Shown here one piece after another: positions 1-10,638 of a DNA stretch of 64,000 nucleotides. How positions within the stretch are numbered: position 1 is the stretch's first letter; the number at the start of each line of letters is the position of its first letter. This DNA comes from Flavobacteriales bacterium (GTDB taxonomy: Bacteria; Bacteroidota; Bacteroidia; Flavobacteriales_F; PHOS-HE28): NCBI GenBank assembly GCA_019638085.1, contig JAHBUL010000010.1, positions 15,656 to 79,655 of the forward strand, given 5' to 3'. The notes under the pieces are model-generated. The model was not told the DNA's origin and searched no databases. It worked only from the letters and a program-made list of their open reading frames with translations. Made by a program: the position numbers and the translations under genes.

Positions 1-3000
1 GTAGTTGGAGGCACCGGTGACCTTGTTGGCATACACCTTATTGCCGAGCATGTTATTGAAGATGCCACACTCGGTGGGAGCGATGTTGGCCGGCCCTTCG
101 GGGAGGCAGAAGCTGTGGGTGCTTCCGTAGTTCGGGTTGGCCGAAGGATTGGCAGGGGATACGGCACCGGAAGCGAAGTCATCCCGGAGCAGGAGCTTGC
201 CGCCCGTGGTACGCAATTCCCAACCACCATTGGTGATGCCATCGCCGAAGCTGTCCATCAACCTCAAACCGTAGCATGCATTGGCGGATGTAGTTCCCAA
301 GCAGACCGTTTCACTCACGGATTGATTCGCTCCGGCGGGAGTACCGGAAGCGACCACCGCGTTGTTTGCGTCGATGATCTCCCAGGAAAGTTGCTCCGGA
401 TTGCCATCGGTGTTGATGGTCACCACTACTTCGTTGCCCTCACAGGGAGGTATGGGGAAGTAGAGCCACTCGATCGTGGTGGCCCCTTCATCGGTTCCAT
501 CTTGGATGAAGAAGACGGTTTGATCCACGCCCGTCTCGTTCAACCAATAGTAGTCCGCAGCACCGGCCGCGCAGTACAATTCATTCGCACCCGGGCAGGC
601 TGTTCCGTATGCAATACGCACCTGGCCCGTGTACGGTCCTACCGGGAAGCTGGTGAAATAGATGCCAAAATCAGGTTCCACCGTGTATGAGAACACGAGA
701 TCTCCACCGGTGTTCCCGCTGTTGCAGACCGAAATGTCATCATTGGCACCGGTTGTATTTACGGCGATCGAACCGGTTTCACCTGTAAGGGCGATCACAC
801 GGCTGCAATCATCACCGTTGATGAGGGTGAATTGAACGGGAGTACCGTTCTCTCCATAAGTGCCGCCGCCACAATCCTGTCGCACATACACGTCATAAGG
901 TGTATCCAAGGCGAGCGTGTTGAGCACGGTGCTGGTGCCGCTTACGGCCACGGCTATGCCTTGGCCTGCTGTTGCACCTGTACCCGGTGTGAAGCCAGCA
1001 GGGCCGTACTCCACGATGACGTTGCCGCTGCATGTTGCATCCCAGTTCACCGAAGCGCTGGTACCGGTGTTCACGCTACTTAGCGCCACACCTGTAACAG
1101 ACGGGCAGAAGGGACCAGCAGGAGATGTGTACACGTAGTTGAACACGTAGATATCTCCACCGGTGGAGATCCCGTCGGCCAAGAAATACAATCGTTCGGT
1201 CTGGCAACCAGTATTGGACCAGATCAAGGTTTCATAATCGTTGATCATCTGCACGTTACCTCCCAAGGGGAAGTAGCCTCCAGTCGTACAGACCAGGCTG
1301 GTCGTTCCGGGGCAACTTCCGCCATAGGCTACGACCAATTGGTTGGCGAAGCTCCACAGGCCGATGGAGATCGTGGCACCCGCTTCCACATCATGGTAGA
1401 GCACCACGTCCGGACCGGGCAGGCTGGGGATGCAACTCGAGCTGGTGTAGTTGTTGAGCGCACCCGTAGTGCTGCCTATTATTGACCAGTCGCCGAGTGA
1501 AAGGGTGGTCAGGTCAATAGCGTTGGCGCAGAAGTCACCCGCCATGATGCTGAAGTTAACGGGGGTCGAGTTTTCGCTGATCCCATCGTTAACACCGCAG
1601 TCTTGGCGTACATAGGCTTGGTAATTGCCGCTGGGTACTCCGCTGATGGTGGCCGGGCTACTACCGAAGGGACCGGCCACGGTGCCGGTGCCGAGGACGA
1701 ATCCAGGAGTGCCATACTCCACGTAGAAACTGCCTGTGCAGCTCGTGCATGTCCAGCCGATGTCCACGCTGCCGGGGCCGGTCACGGTGGCGGACGGGGC
1801 AGTCGGTGCGGCACAGGAGGGTACCGGGACGATCCGGAAATTATCCACGCCGATGTCGTTGGTCCCGGTTCCGGCCGCGGTCGTGCCCTGTAGGCGGATC
1901 ACCGTGTTGGCCGAGGTGGAGCCGATGGTGAAGGACTTTGTTTCCTGGGCGGTGTTGTTCACGAGCGTGCTGCCCGTTTGGGTGAAGGTGCTCCCTCCAT
2001 CCGTGGAGACCATCACAGCCAGCGTACCCGAGCCGTAGTAATTGATGTATTCGAACTCGATGGTTTCCCCGCCGCTGCCTGCGGACATGTCAACGTGGAA
2101 GTCCAACGTTCCCGGAACGGAACCTCCCTGCCGGCTATGGAAGCGGGCCATGGGCAGACCGGGCAAAGCGGTATAGGGATAATTCCATCCACCAATGTCG
2201 TTCCAGCCTGATGCACCCGTTGTAGTGGTGCTGCTGCGCCAGGTGCCCGGGCCATAAGCCGGTCCGTTGGTCCAATAGGTATCCGGCACGTCGTTCGTGC
2301 TGCAGAGGTTCTGCCACGTGCTGAAGTCCTCCGTGTATTGGGTGCCGGCGAACACGTAGTAGGTCGGCGTGGGGCTGCTCACAACGACCTCCACGGGTGT
2401 GCTTGCAGTGCTCACAGGTCCGATGGAGCAGTTCACCACACAATGGAACCAGGTGGTGCTGGCAAGCGGGCCGCTGTTGTATGTGGTTCCGGTGGCCCCG
2501 CCAATGGCCGTCCAAGTGCTACCATCAGGGCTACTTTCCCATTGGTGGGTGATCCCGGGTCCTTCCTCGGGGTTGGCCACGCTCAGTGCGACCGACAGGC
2601 CCGGGCAGATCGAGGTCGCACTGGCCAGCGTATTGCCTGGAGTTGGTGTAACGCAATTGGTGGAAGGAGGTGTGAAGGTCAATAGGAGATCATCACCGGG
2701 CCAGGCTGCCAAGCGCGTGGCATCGGAATTACTGGCGGTCGGCCCGGGGCGAACGTTGAGGAAATTGCTTCCCGTCGCTCCGCTGATCCCGGTCCACCAA
2801 TAGGCGTTCCCACCCGGATATGTGCTTGGCGCACCCGTTCCATAACGGAAATCGATCACGTTGCTTCCTTCATGCAACCACACTTGGAACAGGCAGTTGG
2901 GGGCATCGGCGTTATAATCCACTCCCACGTTCCACTGGATGATGCGGATCTGGTTGGGGGTGCTGCCCACCAGCACAGTGCTCACATTCCCGGTCGGGGT

Positions 3001-3387
3001 CGTCCCCCCATCTGCCATAAATGCAATGATCTTGGGGTTATTGTTAGCATCGTTTATGTTATCCATGGTGTAGGCGGTCACCGCTGTTCCGCCAAGTCTC
3101 ATCCCGCCGTTCGAACTGACCGAGAAATCGGTGTACGGAGTTTCCTCATAGCTGAAGGTGAACCCGATGGCGGTAACCCCTGAGGCTCCATCATCCGTGT
3201 TGCTTCCTACCAAGGTCGTAGCACCTACCATAGGGTCCAAGTTCGCCCCGCTGCTGGAAGAAAAGACATATTGATTGGCGGTTTGGGCCGAAACCGCGGA
3301 CATCAAGCCTAGGTACACCAGTGCGGCCAGTCCTGTTCGCCACGTGCGTCGTTGTAAAGGAGGGGTGAATGGGTCACTATTTTTCAT
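1..3387 (-). CDS. Large secreted/surface protein (>1129 aa, C-terminus off the window edge) with Ig/fibronectin-III-like and Cys-rich modules; probable T9SS substrate
   Basis: Absent from the ORF track because it runs off the edge. Read manually from ATG at 3387 (MKNSDPFTPPLQRRTWRTGLAALVYLGLMSAVSAQ, signal-peptide-like) to ...ECGIFNNMLGNKVYANKVTGASNY at position 1. Has a repeated VEYG...YVRQDC...GD[FD]C module. Confidence 0.85.
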   Translation of the reverse strand, partial: MKNSDPFTPPLQRRTWRTGLAALVYLGLMSAVSAQTANQYVFSSSSGANLDPMVGATTLVGSNTDDGASGVTAIGFTFSYEETPYTDFSVSSNGGMRLGGTAVTAYTMDNINDANNNPKIIAFMADGGTTPTGNVSTVLVGSTPNQIRIIQWNVGVDYNADAPNCLFQVWLHEGSNVIDFRYGTGAPSTYPGGNAYWWTGISGATGSNFLNVRPGPTASNSDATRLAAWPGDDLLLTFTPPSTNCVTPTPGNTLASATSICPGLSVALSVANPEEGPGITHQWESSPDGSTWTAIGGATGTTYNSGPLASTTWFHCVVNCSIGPVSTASTPVEVVVSSPTPTYYVFAGTQYTEDFSTWQNLCSTNDVPDTYWTNGPAYGPGTWRSSTTTTGASGWNDIGGWNYPYTALPGLPMARFHSRQGGSVPGTLDFHVDMSAGSGGETIEFEYINYYGSGTLAVMVSTDGGSTFTQTGSTLVNNTAQETKSFTIGSTSANTVIRLQGTTAAGTGTNDIGVDNFRIVPVPSCAAPTAPSATVTGPGSVDIGWTCTSCTGSFYVEYGTPGFVLGTGTVAGPFGSSPATISGVPSGNYQAYVRQDCGVNDGISENSTPVNFSIMAGDFCANAIDLTTLSLGDWSIIGSTTGALNNYTSSSCIPSLPGPDVVLYHDVEAGATISIGLWSFANQLVVAYGGSCPGTTSLVCTTGGYFPLGGNVQMINDYETLIWSNTGCQTERLYFLADGISTGGDIYVFNYVYTSPAGPFCPSVTGVALSSVNTGTSASVNWDATCSGNVIVEYGPAGFTPGTGATAGQGIAVAVSGTSTVLNTLALDTPYDVYVRQDCGGGTYGENGTPVQFTLINGDDCSRVIALTGETGSIAVNTTGANDDISVCNSGNTGGDLVFSYTVEPDFGIYFTSFPVGPYTGQVRIAYGTACPGANELYCAAGAADYYWLNETGVDQTVFFIQDGTDEGATTIEWLYFPIPPCEGNEVVVTINTDGNPEQLSWEIIDANNAVVASGTPAGANQSVSETVCLGTTSANACYGLRLMDSFGDGITNGGWELRTTGGKLLLRDDFASGAVSPANPSANPNYGSTHSFCLPEGPANIAPTECGIFNNMLGNKVYANKVTGASNY

Positions 3388-3547
3388 GATCGCTTCGGGT
3401 TGGTTGGTGAATGGTTCTGTTACGGCGGGATTAATCAATCCGCAACCAAACTAACAGATGGGTCCTTCCGCAGAGCCTTAGCCGGTACAAACGGTTCAGA
3501 TCGGTGCGAATGCAGATGGTGTATTGTTATTCCCGAAGATGCCCGAC

Positions 3548-5218
3548 CTAGCGGCCGTTGGCCAGGATGGTCAGGTGGCCCGTAAGACGCTTTCCGGTCC
3601 GGCCATCAATTACTTCATAGAAATAGGTTCCGTCAGAGAGACCGATCCCCTTCCAATTATTGCCGTAGTTGGCAGTTTCATAAACCATATTGCCCCAGCG
3701 GTTGAAGACCTTCACCGAGCTGCCGCTCTTGGCCAGACCGTTGATCACCCACGTGTCGTTGTGCCCATCACCGTTCGGTGATATCACATTGGGGATCACA
3801 ATGTCACAACCGGCATGAACAAGGATCTGCATCCGGACCGTTTCGGGGCATTGGTCCGTGGCGGTCACTGTATAGCTGCCATCCTCCATTCCGGACGCGT
3901 AGTACGGACCGGGCACTTCGGTAGCGCCCCAAGCCAAGTTGATCTGCCCCAGGCCGCCATCCACGGTTGCTTCCAGTAGCACGCTGTCGCGGTCGCAGCG
4001 TAGCCACAGGTCCTCTGCGAAGATCTCCATGGGGGTGTAGTCCAGCAGTACGATCGATACGGAATCAACGATGGTGTAACCGCAATCCGAGGTCCAACTC
4101 GCGATGATCGTGAGCAATTCGCTGCCTTCGGCATTTGCATCGCGCACGGCACCAATGGGGAAGGTCACGTGATCTTCCCCCGTGGGAATGCTGATCTGTG
4201 AGGGAGGTGTATTGAGATCTTCAGGTGTGATGCTCGGTCCGGTGTATATCAGTTGGATGTTCGCTTGATCACCGCTGGACGGTCTCGTAATGGTAACCAG
4301 CGCTTCTCCACAGCCTTCGGTGAGCGTGCCATCATCCAACGGTGTGCTTACGGTAGCTGTGAGGGATCCGGTAGAAGAGAAGCTGCCCCCTTCTATGAGC
4401 ACGGCGGAATCCAAGCTTGCATCCCCTGCATGGGCGATGGCGATCTTGATATGATAGGTCTGTCCGCACTGCACTGCTGCTTTTGCATGTAGGGGCACAG
4501 TGAAGCCGTCCAGTTCCACGGTGGCCCCGCCGGAATTGTCCACGTAATAGATGGAGTTCGCCTGCCAGTTGGGGTCCGATGAGGCACATGTGGACGCATT
4601 GCCAAAGCCGGGAACCCCTGGATTAATGGTATTGATGGCCACCGGTGCAGTGGAACCCGGCACCAATGCCAGGTTCACCGCACCGTTGGTGTAGGGTCCG
4701 TTGATGCCCGGGCCGCTGAGGAAGAAGCCGAACACATCGTTGTATTGGGAGCAGACATATTCGGGATATTCCTCCGAGCCAAAGACGAATCGGAAGCTCA
4801 ATGAATCCCCCGTGGGAATGAAATCGAATTCCAATACCGCCACGCAGCGCTGGGAATTGACAAAATAGCTCAAGTCCGGGTCGGGCGTATTCCATGGGTT
4901 GGCTGGTGGTACCGTAAGGCTGGGGTAGTTATTGGGCCCTTCGACCAAAACCACTTTTCCAGTAGCCAATAAAAGGCCGCTGGTCAAACCGATGTTGGAG
5001 TTTGTGCCAATGAAGGAACCCACTTGATCGTTCACTGTATTCGCCGGTTGCCCGTTGAACATCACATTGCTCACCGTCACACCTTGCCCTACCAGGATGT
5101 TGTTCACCAAGTCGTTCGGGGTGAGAACGTTCTGCACAGCGAGCTGTGCCTGTGTAGATCCGGCCAGAATAAGTAAGGTGGCTATCGAAATGGCCAGTTG
5201 GGGCAGCGGTCTTTTCAT
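3548..5218 (-). CDS. Choice-of-anchor L domain protein with gliding-motility-associated (T9SS type B) C-terminal domain
   Basis: Signal peptide; LEFDFIP...FVFGSEEYPEYVCSQYNDVFGFFLSGPG and DGFT...YHIKIAIA...DSAV motifs; C-terminal IPNVISPNGDGHND...VFNRWG...GTYFY...GHLTI. Confidence 0.85.
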   Translation of the reverse strand: MKRPLPQLAISIATLLILAGSTQAQLAVQNVLTPNDLVNNILVGQGVTVSNVMFNGQPANTVNDQVGSFIGTNSNIGLTSGLLLATGKVVLVEGPNNYPSLTVPPANPWNTPDPDLSYFVNSQRCVAVLEFDFIPTGDSLSFRFVFGSEEYPEYVCSQYNDVFGFFLSGPGINGPYTNGAVNLALVPGSTAPVAINTINPGVPGFGNASTCASSDPNWQANSIYYVDNSGGATVELDGFTVPLHAKAAVQCGQTYHIKIAIAHAGDASLDSAVLIEGGSFSSTGSLTATVSTPLDDGTLTEGCGEALVTITRPSSGDQANIQLIYTGPSITPEDLNTPPSQISIPTGEDHVTFPIGAVRDANAEGSELLTIIASWTSDCGYTIVDSVSIVLLDYTPMEIFAEDLWLRCDRDSVLLEATVDGGLGQINLAWGATEVPGPYYASGMEDGSYTVTATDQCPETVRMQILVHAGCDIVIPNVISPNGDGHNDTWVINGLAKSGSSVKVFNRWGNMVYETANYGNNWKGIGLSDGTYFYEVIDGRTGKRLTGHLTILANGR

Positions 5219-5250
5219 GTGGAATGCTCGGTCTAGCGCACCCTAATGAA

Positions 5251-5299
5251 CGAACGGGTCGCCAATGTTCCCGATCGGGCGGGGCGGACCGTTGAACAT
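5251..5299 (-). promoter_or_regulatory. Putative LytTR-binding imperfect direct repeats with 21-bp period
   Basis: On the + strand: cgaacgg (5251), cgatcgg (5272), tgaacat (5293), spaced exactly 21 bp, upstream of the 5218 start and downstream of a LytTR regulator gene. Confidence 0.4.
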
Positions 5300-5314
5300 G
5301 TTGTAGTCAGGTGT

Positions 5315-7963
5315 TCACGGCAACACGGTAACGTGCCCGATGTATTGGCGCATGAGGCGGTCTACCCCGTTGCGAACGCGCAACTTCCACACATATACCC
5401 CGGTCACCGGCGGCTTGCCGTTCACGCTCCCGTCCCAACCGATGTCGGGCTGGTCGCTATGGAACACCTCTGTTCCCCAACGATCGAAAACGCGTAGATC
5501 ATAGTCGCGGCCCGCATCATCGCGCACCACGGGAAGGAAAACATCGTTGCTTCCATCCGCATTGGGCGTGAACGCATTGGGCACATATGCACTGAACACC
5601 CCATCGATCCTTACGATGTTCCTAGCGGTGTCGGTGCATCCGAAGACATTGGTCACAATGAGTTCAACTGGATATTCCCCGCCTTGATCACCGGGGAAGC
5701 TCACCTGCGGGTTCATTCCGTCCGCATCAGGGGGCGAACCCTGCGGGAATGCCCAGTGCCAAGCAATGGCATCCGTGCTGGATCGGTCTTCAAAAGAGAT
5801 CAGCGGGTGATAGAAATCGGTAGGCTGCGGTCCGAACGTAAAGGCTGCGGTGGGGGCCGGGTCCACTTGCACCAGATGGTAAAGCGTTGTATCTCCTTCA
5901 CATCCGGCCGGTGAGGTAACAGTTAAGGAAACTGTGTAAATGCTGGGATCGTTGTAGGTGTGGCCGGTGCTGCAATCGGTGGAAATGCCACCATCCCCGA
6001 ACTGCCAAGTGCAAGTACCGATCATGCCTGGGTCGGTGGTATTGGTGAATTGTACCTCAAGTGGTGCACATCCGGTGTCGGGTTCCACGAAGAAAGTGAC
6101 CGTAGGCAGCCCGTAGGCGTGGATGGTATCGGCCGCAGTGAGGGTGGCGCTGCAACCCAGTGCATTGGTCATGGTCAGCGATACGCTGTAGGTGCCTGGC
6201 GTGGTATAAATGGTACTGGTGCTGGGTTCCGTATCGGTTTCACCGTTGCCCAGATCCCAGAAGGCTGTCTGTTGATCCTGCCCTGGAGTGAGGTTGTCAA
6301 AGCGCACATGGAGTGGTACGCAACCGCTGGCGGGGTCGATGGCGAATGCCGGTTGAGGTGTAGGAAGTATTTGGATGAGCTGGGACATCAGTTCTTCATC
6401 CGTGCATCCGAAGGCACTGCTCACCTGCAGCATTACGTTGTAGGTCCCCGGGTTGTTGTAGGCATGCTGGACCGTTGATCCACTGCCCATTGCACCATCG
6501 CCGAACGACCAGGTACAGGTGTAGTTCCCCGCCGGTGTGCTGGTGTTGGTGAATTGCACCTCAGTACCCACACAGCCTATGGTGGTGTCAGGGGTGAAGG
6601 AAGCATCAGGCGTGGGGTGTACAATGATGAGGTCCTCGAAGAGACTGTCCGTGGTGCATCCTTGGGCGGTGGTCACCGTGAGGCGCACATCATAGGACCC
6701 CGGCTGCGTATACGTGTGCATCACGGTGCTGCTGGCAGCCGTGGTACCATCACCCAGGTCCCAGAGGAGCGTGCCGCTCAGCGCGGGATCGGTCTGGTTG
6801 AAGAGCTGCACCACGAGTGGGGCGCAACCCGCCTGTGGCGTGGCAGTGGCCAATGGGAAAGGATATTCCACCAATACTTCCTTTTGGGCCAAGGCACAAG
6901 AGCCATCGGCACGGATCACGCGCATGGCATATGTGCCCCCGCCGAGACCCAAGGCGGATGCATTCAGCACCGCACCTGTTTGGCCCACGATGGCCACGCC
7001 GTCCAAGTACCATTGGTAGGTATTGGGCGGTGCGTCGTAAGGGGCAGCCGTGAGCGCAAGGTCGTTGGTGCAGGGGTGACCGGTGCTGGTCAAGGACACT
7101 TCGGCATCCACCAGGCTCATGTCGTCAATGAAGAAGTAGGGTTCACTGGAACCCCACATGTTGTAATCCTGCGGAATGGGGCAGGCGGGACCGAACATGA
7201 TGGCGCCCACATTGAATGGTGCCTCGAAGGTGATGGAGATATTCTGCCAAGCGTTCGAGGGAGTGTAGGTCACCGTGCCCAATTGCGTGAAACCCAGTTC
7301 CGTGGGACAGTATTGGGCTGGCATCGGACTCCCCCACACAGGGTCGTACATGGTGTAGGGGAGCGGAGGGCAGGTGTCGAGCCCGTAGATGGCCATTTGC
7401 AACGGCCCGAAATTGATCGGAAGAGTGCCATTCATGCCGAACTGCATGCGCACGGCGGCCAGGTTAAATCCTAATTCGTACGTCTGGCCTGCGGCCAGGG
7501 GGGCGGCCAAGCACTGGGTCAGGAACTCGTAGGAAGCTCCGCCCGGCCACGTGTGTACCACGATGCCGGCCACGGCGTTGCCGTCGGGCACGGGCTGCGG
7601 GATCATTGAGGGAAAGAAGCCGCACGGATCATAGAAATCCGCTGTGGCGGAGATCTGGTAGTCGGTCCAGCCTGTGGCGCAATCGATGTAATTGCCCTGC
7701 ATCTGGCCCGGTTGGCCCGGACAGCAGGTATGGTCCTCGAAAGACCCGTTCGCGATCAGGTTCACCGGGGGAGGAAGCAGACTGCACGGGCAGCCCAGTG
7801 TATCGTTCAAATCCACCAGGCCGTTGCCATCATCGTCGATGCCGTTATCACAGATCTCCTGGGCGAACAGCAGCGACCCGAAGCACGCCGCCAGCATCGT
7901 AAGAACGATGCGGGCACGGAGCGCTCCGGGCCGATTGCTGCTATGTGCGGCAGAACGGTTCAT
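5315..7963 (-). CDS. Multi-PKD-domain surface protein with T9SS type B (gliding motility-associated) CTD
   Basis: Tandem PKD repeats (WDLGDG/WSFGDG...H.Y..PG.Y.V.L.V), N-terminal EICDNGIDDDGNG Asp-rich motif, C-terminal VPNAFTPNADGSND...FDRWG...GHVTVL. Confidence 0.9.
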   Translation of the reverse strand: MNRSAAHSSNRPGALRARIVLTMLAACFGSLLFAQEICDNGIDDDGNGLVDLNDTLGCPCSLLPPPVNLIANGSFEDHTCCPGQPGQMQGNYIDCATGWTDYQISATADFYDPCGFFPSMIPQPVPDGNAVAGIVVHTWPGGASYEFLTQCLAAPLAAGQTYELGFNLAAVRMQFGMNGTLPINFGPLQMAIYGLDTCPPLPYTMYDPVWGSPMPAQYCPTELGFTQLGTVTYTPSNAWQNISITFEAPFNVGAIMFGPACPIPQDYNMWGSSEPYFFIDDMSLVDAEVSLTSTGHPCTNDLALTAAPYDAPPNTYQWYLDGVAIVGQTGAVLNASALGLGGGTYAMRVIRADGSCALAQKEVLVEYPFPLATATPQAGCAPLVVQLFNQTDPALSGTLLWDLGDGTTAASSTVMHTYTQPGSYDVRLTVTTAQGCTTDSLFEDLIIVHPTPDASFTPDTTIGCVGTEVQFTNTSTPAGNYTCTWSFGDGAMGSGSTVQHAYNNPGTYNVMLQVSSAFGCTDEELMSQLIQILPTPQPAFAIDPASGCVPLHVRFDNLTPGQDQQTAFWDLGNGETDTEPSTSTIYTTPGTYSVSLTMTNALGCSATLTAADTIHAYGLPTVTFFVEPDTGCAPLEVQFTNTTDPGMIGTCTWQFGDGGISTDCSTGHTYNDPSIYTVSLTVTSPAGCEGDTTLYHLVQVDPAPTAAFTFGPQPTDFYHPLISFEDRSSTDAIAWHWAFPQGSPPDADGMNPQVSFPGDQGGEYPVELIVTNVFGCTDTARNIVRIDGVFSAYVPNAFTPNADGSNDVFLPVVRDDAGRDYDLRVFDRWGTEVFHSDQPDIGWDGSVNGKPPVTGVYVWKLRVRNGVDRLMRQYIGHVTVLP

Positions 7964-7966
7964 TGG

Positions 7967-9766
7967 TCAATGGGCCACCATCACGCGCAATGGGTATGTG
8001 TTACCGTTGGTGAGGACCACGTGGGCCACATAGGCACCCGCAGGTAGATCCTGTACTGGCACGTTCACTTGAAAGCGATCCGGATCTTGGATGATGCGCA
8101 CGATGCGACCTTGGCTGTCGGCCAAGCGGATCGCCTCCATCGGCGCGGGGCTCTTCACGGCGAAGGCATCGGTGGCAGGTGATGGGTAAAGTACAGGTGC
8201 GGTTGAGCCAGCATTCAGGTCGTTGATGCCCACGCTGATGGCAACGGTTTGGCAGTTGTTGGCCGTGGTGGGTCCCGATCCACAGGAACCCGTTACGGTT
8301 AGGCATACGGTATATTGGCCGTTGGTAGCATAGGTATGGCTGGGGGATTCCTCCGTACTTGTGGTCCCGTCACCGAAGGACCAGCTATAGCTGTCCGCAT
8401 TGGTGCTGGTATTGGTAAAGCTCCACGTGTAGTCCGTACCGGCATTGCCCATGTCGAACCCTGCAAGCACTTCGCAACACGGGTCATAGCTGCCAACTGC
8501 CACAGCTTCCTGCCCCAACATCCAAGGATACATGGTATACGCTGAACCGCTCAGGCTGGTGAAGGGGGTTACTGTTGCTGTATGGGTGGTCCACTGCAGA
8601 TCCAAATTGATATTGTGGCAATCGGCGTTGCCTGCGGCATCCGTACGGATCAAAATGCCCTGCCAATCACCCGGCCCTGTACCGTAGCTGTCCGTGAACC
8701 CAAGGATGGTATAGCCTCCCTCCGTCATGGGAACGATGGCCAGCGGATTGTCGGATCCAGCAGCCCCATATAGGTTCGACCACAGTAGGGTCCCGTCCGA
8801 GCTGAATTGGCCCCAGAGCATTTCGTAATCGCCCTCACCTTGGTCGAGGTACTGCGGATCAGCCACCCAGGTAACGCCGCCGTTCGGTGCTGGAGCGATG
8901 TCCACTACCTCGATCCCCTGTTCGAGCACACGGGTCCAGATGTGTTGACCGGTGGAAGAGATCTTGGTAAGGAAGGCATTGACATTCCCTGTGAAATAGC
9001 CGAGCGAACGCCCACCAACATAGATGTCCCCATTGCTGGATTCCATTACACAATAGGCTTCATCCACACCATTGCCGCTGCTGATACTACGTGCCCACAT
9101 TTCGTTGCCCAAGGCATCGGTACGCACCAAGTAGCCTGAGGGTGAATAGCCTGTGCCCAGCCCATCCCCGTAGCCGACCATGGCAAAGCCGCCATCGGCC
9201 AGTTCCGTTGCCTTGTAGGCCCAGTCCCAGCCGGTGGTACCATAGTAGCGTGACCATTGCACCTCGCCCAAAGTGTTGAGCTTGGTAAGTTGCATGTCGT
9301 ATTGGTTGCCGCCGGCATCCGTACGGCCCCCTGCGATGAAGCCGTCGCTGGTGGCGGTAAGGGTGTGGAGCGCATTGGATCCGCCGGCATCCATGCGCTT
9401 AGCGCTCAACAAGGTGCCGTCCAGATCGATATGCAGAATGATCCCATCGCGGCTATTCGTACCCGTGCCCATGGCAAAACCCACTACTACGATCCCATCC
9501 GGGCCGGCAGCAATGCAGTTGCCGTACAATCCCTCATCCACGAAATAGGGATATTTGAAGGTCCACTCGTGCTCTCCGGTGGGGGTTATTCGGGTCACTT
9601 GGATATCACCATCATTCTCATTGGCCAGTACGAAGTGCCCTTCAGAATCCACGGCCACGCCGTGTAGGTCGAGCGAACCTGGGATGGTGAATACGCGCTC
9701 CATCGGCCCCTGCGCAAGCGCGAGTGATCCGATGCAGAGAAATAATGGAAGTAGTGTTTTGCGCAT
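7967..9766 (-). CDS. Secreted beta-propeller-like repeat + PKD protein with T9SS type A CTD
   Basis: Signal peptide; repeated (D/N)..G...W...YG/DGG.. units; one PKD domain; C-terminal LYPSPA...LPAGAY CTD. Confidence 0.85.
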   Translation of the reverse strand: MRKTLLPLFLCIGSLALAQGPMERVFTIPGSLDLHGVAVDSEGHFVLANENDGDIQVTRITPTGEHEWTFKYPYFVDEGLYGNCIAAGPDGIVVVGFAMGTGTNSRDGIILHIDLDGTLLSAKRMDAGGSNALHTLTATSDGFIAGGRTDAGGNQYDMQLTKLNTLGEVQWSRYYGTTGWDWAYKATELADGGFAMVGYGDGLGTGYSPSGYLVRTDALGNEMWARSISSGNGVDEAYCVMESSNGDIYVGGRSLGYFTGNVNAFLTKISSTGQHIWTRVLEQGIEVVDIAPAPNGGVTWVADPQYLDQGEGDYEMLWGQFSSDGTLLWSNLYGAAGSDNPLAIVPMTEGGYTILGFTDSYGTGPGDWQGILIRTDAAGNADCHNINLDLQWTTHTATVTPFTSLSGSAYTMYPWMLGQEAVAVGSYDPCCEVLAGFDMGNAGTDYTWSFTNTSTNADSYSWSFGDGTTSTEESPSHTYATNGQYTVCLTVTGSCGSGPTTANNCQTVAISVGINDLNAGSTAPVLYPSPATDAFAVKSPAPMEAIRLADSQGRIVRIIQDPDRFQVNVPVQDLPAGAYVAHVVLTNGNTYPLRVMVAH

Positions 9767-9861
9767 GTTTTCGTTCTTGGTTCATGCAAAGGACGTGAAT
9801 AGTGGACAGCCTGTTCGCCGACCCTGTCCCTAACCTAACGGCCTGCCCCAACGTCCATGAC

Positions 9862-10638
9862 TTATTGTTCCCGTTCGGTCAGCAAGTTGGCGATCTGCTC
9901 CTTGTAATTGCGCCCGCTGAGCAAATGTTTACCGTTGCTCATCGTGAAAGTGAACTCATTATTACCACTGTAGCGCGTGTTCCGTACATGGGCCATGTTC
10001 ACCATGTAGCTTCGGTGGATCCGCATGAACACGGCAGGATCAAGCTCGGTCTCGATCAGGTTCATGGTCATCCGCAACAGGTACCTGCGTGCTTCGGTCT
10101 GCAGTTCCAGATAATTGCCTTCCGTACTGATCCACATGATGTCCTTCACTGCAACGCGATATTCACGGCCCTTCTCCTTGATCACGTACTCCTGGGCGAA
10201 CTCTTTGCGGGAGTTAAGATGACCTTGCATCAGGTCCAACATACGATCGGTAAGTCGCTTGTTCTCCTTCATTTCGATGAAGTCCTTGGCACGGGCCAAG
10301 GAAATGAAAAAGCGTTCATCGTCGTATGGTTTCAACAAGTAATCCACGGCGTGGACATTGAAGGCTTTCAAAGCATACTTGTCATGTGCGGTAACAAAGA
10401 CCACAAAGGGGACTTGGCCGGTGGGGAATTTCTTTATTACATCAAAGCCGCTCAACTGCGGCATCTGTACATCGAGGAACATTAGATCCAAGGGGCTTTG
10501 GCGAATGGCCTCGAGCGCCTCCATTCCATTGCGGCATTCCGCCACCACTTGGATGTCCGGATCCGTCGCGAGCAGCCTGAGCACGCGTGAGCGGGCTGCT
10601 GGCTCATCATCAACGACGATCGTCCTGAAGCTCTTCAT
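9862..10638 (-). CDS. LytTR-family DNA-binding response regulator
   Basis: Receiver VDDEP...FLDVQMP...FVTA..DYLLKP; LytTR C-terminus F.RIHRSY.VN. Confidence 0.95.
   Translation of the reverse strand: MKSFRTIVVDDEPAARSRVLRLLATDPDIQVVAECRNGMEALEAIRQSPLDLMFLDVQMPQLSGFDVIKKFPTGQVPFVVFVTAHDKYALKAFNVHAVDYLLKPYDDERFFISLARAKDFIEMKENKRLTDRMLDLMQGHLNSRKEFAQEYVIKEKGREYRVAVKDIMWISTEGNYLELQTEARRYLLRMTMNLIETELDPAVFMRIHRSYMVNMAHVRNTRYSGNNEFTFTMSNGKHLLSGRNYKEQIANLLTEREQ

Noticed and set aside
115-3183. Many short ORFs in the first 3.2 kb
   Set aside because: All are explained by one long minus-strand CDS that runs off the window and was missed by the ORF track.
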